NCBI GenBank assembly: GCA_000182565.2
Contig: KQ257452.1
Direction: 5' to 3' (one strand)
Length of the DNA: 64,000 nucleotides
From: Spizellomyces punctatus DAOM BR117
Lineage: Eukaryota
This document shows, piece after piece, positions 52,324-59,800 of this stretch; positions within the stretch are counted from its first letter, which is position 1; every line of letters starts with the position of its first letter. The notes under the pieces were generated by a model. The model saw only the letters and a list, made by a program, of their open reading frames with translations. It was not told the DNA's origin and did no database searches. A program made the position numbers and the translations under genes.

Positions 52324-53796
52324 ATGGATGTGATTGCGGGTGGGAAGGTGGAGTTGATGGGATGGTGTCTTGTTCGTCCTTTTGAAAAGTGTCCACCCGT
52401 TTTGTGTAAGAACCCGATGCCGTTTTCGGTGTACATGCAGCACCCCCTTTTTCAAGCGGATTGTGAGATCCTAAAGGCGCATTACAAGTGTACGAGTCCT
52501 GTACTTGTTGGACAATTGTTGTACCATATCCCGCATGTTGGAATGGTTGTGCATCCTGCGCTAGTCGTGTCTTACTCCAGGTGCGTTGGAGGGGTGTTTG
52601 AACAATGTGTAAAGCAGTGCCTTGATATGTATGTACCGCCTGATGGTGTACTACGATCGTGGACTCGAAATATCACCACGGGTGACAAAAAAGAGATGAC
52701 GTCGGAACAGTCGAAACAGCCGGACCAGCTCAAGGATACGATTATTGATCTCATGAACGAACACTTGGAAAAAAATTTTGGAGAAGAAATCAAAAAGTAC
52801 GTGGCGCATCAGGTCTCGCAGTGTATAGCCGACCGTTTGAACAGGCACGAACAAAACTGCAATGCCCTTGAAGAAACCTTACACGCCACCATTGAAAAAG
52901 AGATTCAAAAAGGGATCAAATTGACGGGTACGAAAATGGCGAGGGTTGTGAAAGAATTTGAAGGGGGTACACGAAAGGAGTTGTTTGACCGGTATCAATC
53001 GATCCAGCAAGGTGTCTTTCATCTTTCTGATCGTGTAAAAATCCTTGAGGAAGCGCGAACCATGATGGATCTCGAATGGTTGTCTCTAGCCACTTGGCGA
53101 GAGGATACACAATCCCGACTTCAAGCCCATGGCGACCGTTTATCGTCTCTTTCCTCGTCGCAAACAATGACCACTACGACGCTGGATGCGCTTTCCCAGT
53201 CATGTACTACCCATCAAGCAGAGAACACCCGTACACTCGACAAACTCCAAACCACCGTCTTTCCTGCACTAGATCTCCTTCGCACCCGACTTGACACCCT
53301 AGAAGCCCAACATGGGAACCACACAATCACTGATATGGAAAAAATGGAACAACGACTGGATAGATTGGAGAAATCAGTATCAGATGACACTGAACTAAAA
53401 CAAGAGATTATTGAACTCATCAACGAGATGCAGGCGCGTGTTGTGGATTTGGTTTACGAAAAAGTTGAGCCGGTTGTATTGAGGTTTGTTGAACAGATTG
53501 TGCAAGGTGAGAGTGTGCAAAGTGGTGGTGAACAGTCGAGTGAAAAGGCTAGATTAGAAAAACGGAAAAAGGATGTTGAGGATGATTCTCAAAGTGGTGG
53601 TGAAAAGTCGAGTGAGAAGGCCAGATTAGAAAAGCGGAAAAAGGATATAGAAGGTGATTCTCAAAGTGGTGGTGACAAGTCGAACGAAAAAGCCAGATTA
53701 GAAAAACGGAAAAAGGAAGCAGAAGGACGGAAAAAAGTAGAGGATGGAAAGAAACGGGTGTCGCCTACTCAAAAATCGAGGTTGAATACGTTGTGA
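52324..53796 (+). CDS. Uncharacterised intronless coiled-coil protein with C-terminal basic repeats
   Basis: Long open frame (first ATG 52324), heptad-rich middle, three 24-aa repeats; no family recognised. Confidence 0.6.
   Translation: MDVIAGGKVELMGWCLVRPFEKCPPVLCKNPMPFSVYMQHPLFQADCEILKAHYKCTSPVLVGQLLYHIPHVGMVVHPALVVSYSRCVGGVFEQCVKQCLDMYVPPDGVLRSWTRNITTGDKKEMTSEQSKQPDQLKDTIIDLMNEHLEKNFGEEIKKYVAHQVSQCIADRLNRHEQNCNALEETLHATIEKEIQKGIKLTGTKMARVVKEFEGGTRKELFDRYQSIQQGVFHLSDRVKILEEARTMMDLEWLSLATWREDTQSRLQAHGDRLSSLSSSQTMTTTTLDALSQSCTTHQAENTRTLDKLQTTVFPALDLLRTRLDTLEAQHGNHTITDMEKMEQRLDRLEKSVSDDTELKQEIIELINEMQARVVDLVYEKVEPVVLRFVEQIVQGESVQSGGEQSSEKARLEKRKKDVEDDSQSGGEKSSEKARLEKRKKDIEGDSQSGGDKSNEKARLEKRKKEAEGRKKVEDGKKRVSPTQKSRLNTL
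53518..53718 (+). repeat. 72-bp coding tandem repeat, about 2.8 copies (QSGGE/DxSS/NEKARLEKRKK)
   Basis: CAAAGTGGTGGTGA starts at 53518, 53590 and 53662. Confidence 0.9.
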
Positions 53797-54429
53797 TGAT
53801 ATTATGATCGTATTTTTTTTTGCCTATTTGGTTGGTTTTGTTTTGGTTGTTTTGTATTATTTGTATGTTTGGAGGGTTGTGGATAGGGACTGATTGTAAA
53901 TGTAGAATATTTTATTGGTTATGTTGGGATGCTTTACGAGTTTATTGTTTGTGATGGTTACCATGATGTTTGGATGTGTATCATTTTCATTGCTGAAGAA
54001 TGGTGAGAGTCGAGTAACTAGATAGCAATACTTACTGAAAAACGTAAATGCTCCATTCCCGATATCTCATCATGCTGTAAAATTCCGTTCTCTGACAATC
54101 CACTTATTTTTTCAATCTCCTCTTTTATCTTCCTGGATATAATTTAATCGTCATGCTGTGGGATGAACGGGGTTGGTGGGGTAAGAGGTCCTGGTCTTTA
54201 TGGAGAAGAAAACCGAGAATAACTTTACAAGAACCATACGTAGCATAGCCATCTACGCACACACACATCCAAAAATGCACAAGTTCTTGGGATGCTATGC
54301 TGAGGTCACCCAAATGGGTGACACTATTCCCATAACAACAACCCCATCACATGACATACACACGGTGCCGTTTAACAGCGTAATCAAACATCCTCCCCAA
54401 ATCCACTTTTGAACACAATTCCAAAAACA

Positions 54430-55161
54430 ATGCATTTACATTTCCCATTCCTCTTGTCGCTCCTAAGCATCCTCACACTAACGACCTCCCAAACCATAAA
54501 ACACATTTCCCAATCCGAACTCACCAAACTCGCCACCCAAGCCGACCAAAACATTACATTTATCCCCCACACGGTGTTCAAGCAGACGATATCCGATGGG
54601 ACCTGGTTGGTGTTTTTTGGGGCGAGGTGGTGCAAGTATTGTAAACAGTAGGTTTTCAATGTTTTGTTTGGTAGCTTTAGAATGGGAGTTGAAGTGTTGG
54701 GCGGTTTAGGTTGTCGCCGACTTGGTTGACGATTCAGGAGCGGGTGCTCGATGCGGTGCAGGGGATCAAGATGGGAAAAGTGGATTGCACGGATCAAGAA
54801 GGTAGGTTTTGGAAAGAGTGGATCTTTAAAGAAAAAGACAAGAGGGTTGATATCGATTTTCTTTAATACAGAGTTTTGTGAAGAGGAGGGTGTGGATGGG
54901 TATCCAACACTTCATCTGTACGTTATTTTTGCAATTATTTTGTTGGGTGTTGTAAATGATGGCTGATGACATGGCATAGATACAATAACGGTAAACTGAT
55001 TGAAGAATACGATCAAGGTCACGATCTAAAGAGTTTGTACACGTATGTTGTGACAAAGGTATGTTTTTTGTGTGTGTGGATTGTACTGGTGGTTCATGCG
55101 ATGGTAATTTGTTCATGTGTAGGCGAGTTATTATCAGAAATTGCGACGAGAGGATTTGTGA
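54430..55161 (+). CDS. ER-resident single-thioredoxin-domain PDI-family protein
   Basis: Signal peptide, WLVFFGARWCKYC (WCxxC), MGKVDCT, GVDGYPTL, last exon ending ...RREDL* (KDEL-like). Four introns. Confidence 0.85.
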
Positions 55162-55406
55162 TATGTGTGATTGCGTGGTGATGATGGCGATGATGGTGAT
55201 GAGTTTGTGAGAACGGCGTGGGATGAGAGGATGGGAGCGGGTACGAGTAGAATGGGAATGCGGGGAATGATGGTAGATGTGAGGTCCATGATGGGACATT
55301 AGAAAGGACAAGGACGTGTCGAATAATGTGTGCCATCGTTGCCTAGAGGCATTTGTCGAGATAGGGCATATAGAATGTGTATGGGATAAACAAGCCTGTC
55401 CAGAGA

Positions 55407-55497
55407 ATACAAGATGATGGATAGTGCGGACGCCGGTGGGTATTGGCACTAGCACCCGCACCAGGGATGAACCGCGCGACAACCGGCTCGGAAAACC
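55407..55497 (-). ncRNA. Predicted Fanzor omegaRNA: about 75-nt scaffold (55497-55422) + about 15-nt flank-derived guide (55421-55407)
   Basis: - strand GGUUUUCCGAGCCGGUUGUCGCGCGGUUCAUCCCUGGUGCGGGUGCUAGUGCCAAUACCCACCGGCGUCCGCACUA|UCCAUCAUCUUGUAU. It lies between the stop codon and the element end, with complementary segments GCCGGU/ACCGGC and UGGUGCGG/CCGCACUA. Exact ends are inferred from characterised Fanzor loci. Confidence 0.82.
55424..55455 (+). repeat. Right-end terminal inverted repeat (32 bp)
   Basis: Matches the left TIR with one inserted base and two substitutions. Confidence 0.92.
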
Positions 55498-55510
55498 TAA
55501 TCTAACCAAT

Positions 55511-57415
55511 CTAAGCTACGGCTGGAACACCCCTGCTGAACACTTCTGGTCTACCGTGTCCATCCAACATTGATTGCACGATCGTTAGCATATTGCAGGT
55601 GCTCAGCGTATCTCGATTCCAGTAGCGCATCGTCCAGGCTTGCTGCAAACAGTTAGGGTTGGTACAACCCAGCAATCCATGGACTTTTTCAATCTTGCCT
55701 TCTCGTCGTCGATAAGGTCTTGAATGAGGTCGTTCTTTGAATTTTTTCTCCACAAACTCAGATGAGGAACAGCGAGGGCAAACAGATGAGGTCTTGTACT
55801 CGTCGAGAAGGAAACAATCAATGCGGTTGCGCTTAAAGAGGGTGCGCCAGCCTTTTGTCTTTGATGAGGTCTGAAATCTTGCAGTTCGACCGGCGTCGCT
55901 CCAATCACCCATTACAACAGTAAGGTTTTCACCGTACTTGTTGCGCATGTTACTTATGAGGTCTGATTCGCTCTTCTGACGGTTTATGAAGGAGTGCCAT
56001 TTCCATCGAGTATGAGCAGGATGCGAATAGAAGTCCTTGCGGCGGTTCCAGTCGACACGACGGACGAGGAGGTAGCGGAGGAAATCCATGAGGTTCATCG
56101 TCTTGTGAGATGGTATTCGCGATTCTATAAGGTCCATTCCCGCTTCCTTCTTCATCCACTGCCGTTCCTTTTGCTGCCGACGGCTTCCAGTCTCCTTGCA
56201 GCGTTGATTGGCGGTGTAACGGAAGATGGTGCCCTTGTTGTCTTGGCAGTAGAGAACGTCGCGCTTGTTTGGGTCGATAACGACGACGTTCTCTGCTGCT
56301 CGACAAGCAGGCAAGTTTTTTTCCACATATACTGCCTTCACCTCAGCTGCTAGAGTCTTTGCCGACTTCTTCTTTCCTCCGCGCTTTCCGTACTTGTCGG
56401 CGTCAGGGTGTTTCAAATACACAGACACCGAGGTTCCGTCCGTCGTGATCGAGCCTTCAAACTGCATACCGCCGCCGCGGCGAGACCGAAAAGCCTTCGT
56501 GCGTAGATTGCAGACGCGCAACCACAGATCATCCTTTTCGACCGCTTCTGCCTCTCTGCGAAAAATGCAAAGAATGTGGGTGTAGAGAATGACGGTGTCA
56601 ATCCGGACATGGCTTTGAATGAGAGACCGGCGAAGAGGTATCGCGCTGAACCGTCGGAAGCCATGTCGTTCATACAGCCCAGAGAGTTTGCAGTACGCAG
56701 GAAAAAATGACATCGGATCAGCAACAATGGCGTAGGCAAGGGGATTGTCGGGAAGGAATGGGAGATCCAATGACCAGATCTCTTCTAGAAGTTCACTCTC
56801 TTCAGCAGTCAAATCATCGAGCGACTCAGGCACGATATCAAAAAGGAAAATTGACTTCAAGTAGCGAAGACGAGCAAAGAAAGCGTTTCGCGCATCGCTT
56901 TTCAGTGGTAGTCGCTGCTTCTGTCCCTTCAGATCAAGCCGCAGATTAATGTACCGGAGCAGCATCATCATGAAGTGTTCCTGGACATTGACCTTCAGAT
57001 TCGTCATCATACTCGCTGTCAGGTAATTGACTGATTGTTGCTCGCCTCGCAGGTTTGGATGAGAAAAATCAACGATGCGGCAGTACCGTCGAACATATGG
57101 CCACAAGCATTCACGTAACGCCTTCTTCGCATCAGTTTTTGGTTGCCACGATTCACCTTTGTTGAGAAGATAGAGGATGACTTCAATCGTCTCTTGATTT
57201 ACCGTGGGAAAAGCTGGTGCTGATGAAAGGAGATAGAATTTCAGTGCGTGGGAAGCATGGTTGGCGAGTTGATGGATGATGGCAATGTAATCTAGAAGCC
57301 GTTGGCGGGAGATCTCGTTTGGCAGGAAAGCTTTTGCAAAGGAAGTCTTGTTGCAGGTATGTAAGCAAGTAGGTTTGTCGAGTTTTTCGAGTTTTTGCTT
57401 TTTCTTTGGTGGCAT
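55511..57415 (-). CDS. Fanzor1: Fanzor1 RNA-guided endonuclease (eukaryotic TnpB/Cas12-like), 634 aa, intronless
   Basis: N-terminal NLS-like PPKKKQK; TDGTSVSV; RuvC-I VVVIDPN; RuvC-II LLDEYKTSSVC; zinc finger CPRC...CTNPNC; RuvC-III WNRD. Closely resembles, but is not identical to, SpuFz1 as I recall it. Confidence 0.95.
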   Translation of the reverse strand: MPPKKKQKLEKLDKPTCLHTCNKTSFAKAFLPNEISRQRLLDYIAIIHQLANHASHALKFYLLSSAPAFPTVNQETIEVILYLLNKGESWQPKTDAKKALRECLWPYVRRYCRIVDFSHPNLRGEQQSVNYLTASMMTNLKVNVQEHFMMMLLRYINLRLDLKGQKQRLPLKSDARNAFFARLRYLKSIFLFDIVPESLDDLTAEESELLEEIWSLDLPFLPDNPLAYAIVADPMSFFPAYCKLSGLYERHGFRRFSAIPLRRSLIQSHVRIDTVILYTHILCIFRREAEAVEKDDLWLRVCNLRTKAFRSRRGGGMQFEGSITTDGTSVSVYLKHPDADKYGKRGGKKKSAKTLAAEVKAVYVEKNLPACRAAENVVVIDPNKRDVLYCQDNKGTIFRYTANQRCKETGSRRQQKERQWMKKEAGMDLIESRIPSHKTMNLMDFLRYLLVRRVDWNRRKDFYSHPAHTRWKWHSFINRQKSESDLISNMRNKYGENLTVVMGDWSDAGRTARFQTSSKTKGWRTLFKRNRIDCFLLDEYKTSSVCPRCSSSEFVEKKFKERPHSRPYRRREGKIEKVHGLLGCTNPNCLQQAWTMRYWNRDTLSTCNMLTIVQSMLDGHGRPEVFSRGVPAVA

Positions 57416-57465
57416 GATGATATCTGTGGAAAAAGACGAAAGCCTGGGAAAATGGGCACGACAAC

Positions 57466-57472
57466 TTATATA
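57466..57472 (-). promoter_or_regulatory. Putative TATA box for the Fanzor gene
   Basis: CC-TATATAA-G on the - strand about 50 nt upstream of the ATG, inside the element. Confidence 0.5.
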
Positions 57473-57545
57473 GGACTTTTTGGATCAAACCAGAGTTCAT
57501 GAGTCTAAATCGAGTAAAATTATGATTAAATTGGTTGGAATCTTT

Positions 57546-57576
57546 GTACTAGTGCCAATACCCATCGGCTCCGCAC
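57546..57576 (-). repeat. Left-end terminal inverted repeat (31 bp), preceded on the - strand by 5'-CATA
   Basis: + strand GTACTAGTGCCAATACCCATCGGCTCCGCAC-TATG. Confidence 0.92.
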
Positions 57577-57703
57577 TATGTACCTTGTAAGATATCGGAC
57601 GCTGAGTCACACGCGACTGTCCACGCAGCTAAGCAACACGCTTCTGGCTGTGATTCCCGCTGTGATTCCCACTTCAACTATTGTCTGTTTGACATTTTGC
57701 AAA

Positions 57704-58481
57704 ATGGCCCGTCACTCGACTAGCGCAGTGCGCCCCAGCACATCCCGCCAACCAAGCACCCCACCACCTCCACCAACCCCACCATCACCAGCCCTCTTTT
57801 CTCCCACCCCAATCCTCCACGACCCATACGAAACAGACATTGAAGACCTCACGACAGCAGCACTCGAAAAAACAGACGCATTTTTCCGGGAATTCAAGCT
57901 TTTTGTATTGCAGAATCGGGTCTTGGAGACGGGTGTGGGTGTTATTGTTGGTCAGGCGTATGTATTTATAAGAGATTTGCCAGAACGAGAGCATTTTGCC
58001 AATTCGGTCCATCATTATATAGATTCCAAGATTTTGTGCGTAGTTTTGTCAACGATGTCATGGTACCCCCTCTTACACTCGTCACCGGCCACCGCCTCAT
58101 CAACATCTTTTTTGTTCTCCGCCGAGGCAAAACCGGCCGTCGTCCCAAAACGATTGAAGAAGCCGCGACCGATGGAGCCGTGACAGTCAACCTAGGCCGA
58201 TTCATTCATCAGACACTCAATTTTTTTACGGTTGGGATGGCGGTGTATTGGTTTTTGAGGGGGTTGAGATGGTATTTTCGGTTACGAGTTCAGTTGCCGG
58301 ATACGAAAAAGTGTCCGTTTTGTTTGCAGGATGTTGCCTTGTTGGCTTCTAGGTGCGTGCGATACTTTGTTTGCTGGATGATTCATGTCTTTTCATGTTT
58401 TGTTTATTTTTTTTAATTGATTCTAGGTGTTGCTTTTGTACTTCGATGCTCTCGGAATCTCATGCACCCCCAACTGAATAA
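57704..58481 (+). CDS. mscL: MscL-family large-conductance mechanosensitive channel with C-terminal zinc ribbon
   Basis: FFREFKLFVLQNRVLETGVGVIVGQA-FQDFVRSFVNDVMVPPL, VTVNLGRFIHQTLNFF, TKKCPFC...R-CCFCTS. Two introns. Confidence 0.85.
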
Positions 58482-59487
58482 ACAAATGTAACCAAGGAAA
58501 TATAAAACATTTTTGCCTGGCGGTCGTGACTAGCAGAGATTTTTGCAATGCCGCCATATCTGCCTCTCTCTCTGATCGAGTTGACAAAAGATTTGAGAGA
58601 CAAAAGTGGGTTTCAGATCATAATTTTGATTCTTGATAAGAGCTGTCTAGAATGGTAGAGAGTTGGGCAGAGTGCAAATGCATCAACGATAGAGCTCCCT
58701 CTCTCCATTGCCCATTGCTGAAATGGTCAGTCTCTCCAATTGTATATCTCCACGACGAGCGTTAGCCCTCGACCCAAATGCTAAACACGCAACGCTAAAT
58801 CCGAGCGCTCAATTTCAAACCCGAAATCAACCCGAACCACAAGATTGAAGAGAACACTCTGCCCCCGCTCTCCAGTCCGCCTGTCCGATAGTTTAAAGGC
58901 ACAGTCATGAAATAATACGAGTATGGCTGCTCCCACGTGACCAAATGACGGCAAATTGCGCAGATCAGTGGTTTGTGTGATGAGAGACAGAAGGGTTAAA
59001 AAAGGGATAAATTTGAGGAGTGAAAAATGTTTTAAAAACAGCCGTTTTTCTCGTTTGAAAGCCATTTGCTGATAAGAATGATTCATGGAGGGATTGATTT
59101 GCCATTTGCGGTTGAATATCGGGCAGTGTGCACGTTTGTGTGTGCATGCGTGTGTGTGTGCAATGTGTACGTGGGCGGGTATGTGTGTGCAATGTGTGTT
59201 TGTGCATTGTATGTGTGTATGAAATGTGTGCATACATATGATACAGCGACTACACTCTCCATAGCATGAATCCCACTCTAGAATAAGAATAAGAATGAGA
59301 ATAGTACAAGAAGAGTAATAATAAAAAGATAAAAAATCAAATGACGTGTTTCCATCTTATCAATCAAAACAATCAAATGACTAGTGTGTTGTAGAAATAA
59401 GGAATAGACGCCCCAACAACAAGAGAAGAAATTCCCACGTAGCAGCTCTATAGGCAATTCTCTCTTTGTAGCAATCTACCAAGTACT

Positions 59488-59490
<3 letters not shown>

Positions 59491-59532
<42 letters not shown>

Positions 59533-59542
59533 AGTTTGTGTA
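59491..59542 (+). repeat. (CT)15 microsatellite followed by (GT)6 and short TAGTTTGTG repeats
   Basis: Directly visible in the sequence upstream of the GATA gene. Confidence 0.95.
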
Positions 59543-59800
59543 GTTTGTGTAGTTTGTGTGTGAGAACTCTCTCTTATCTCTCTCTCTCTCTCTCTTGTCC
59601 CATCAAATTCCCTTCTTCTTTCAATCAACGCGTTTTTTTTTATTGTTTTTTTTTGATTGTTGTTGTTTTTACTTTTTGGTCAGACGCTCAGTCTGCCAGT
59701 TGTTTATTTTATATTCCCACTCTTTGTTTATTCCCACACTCTTCTTTCTACTCGAGAGCATCATCATGCTCGTTTCCTGCATTTCCCACTAGATACAGCC

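Larger units (their letters stand above)
55424..57576 (-). mobile_element. Non-autonomous Fanzor1-encoding DNA transposon (Spu-1-like), 2,153 bp, TIRs + TA duplication
   Basis: Inverted termini GTGCGGACGCCGGTGGGTATTGGCACTAGCAC (55424-55455) and GTGCGGAGCCGATGGGTATTGGCACTAGTAC (reverse complement of 57546-57576). TA at 55422-55423 and 57577-57578. Single internal ORF, no transposase. Confidence 0.93.

Noticed and set aside
53518-53718. Regularly spaced repeats checked as a possible CRISPR-like array
   Set aside because: These are in-frame 72-bp coding tandem repeats without unique spacers; no CRISPR array was seen in the window.
55460-55497. tRNA-like A-box (TCCGAGCCGG) and B-box (GGTTCATCCC) look-alikes in the omegaRNA, suggesting Pol III transcription
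   Set aside because: The spacing is far too short, the B-box is one base short, and there is no T-run terminator after the guide. Processing from the Fanzor mRNA is the simpler explanation.
57578-58183. 201-aa ORF starting at the element boundary
   Set aside because: It is the MscL first exon extended upstream and read through an intron. The ATG is just the TATG target site; the real start is probably 57704.
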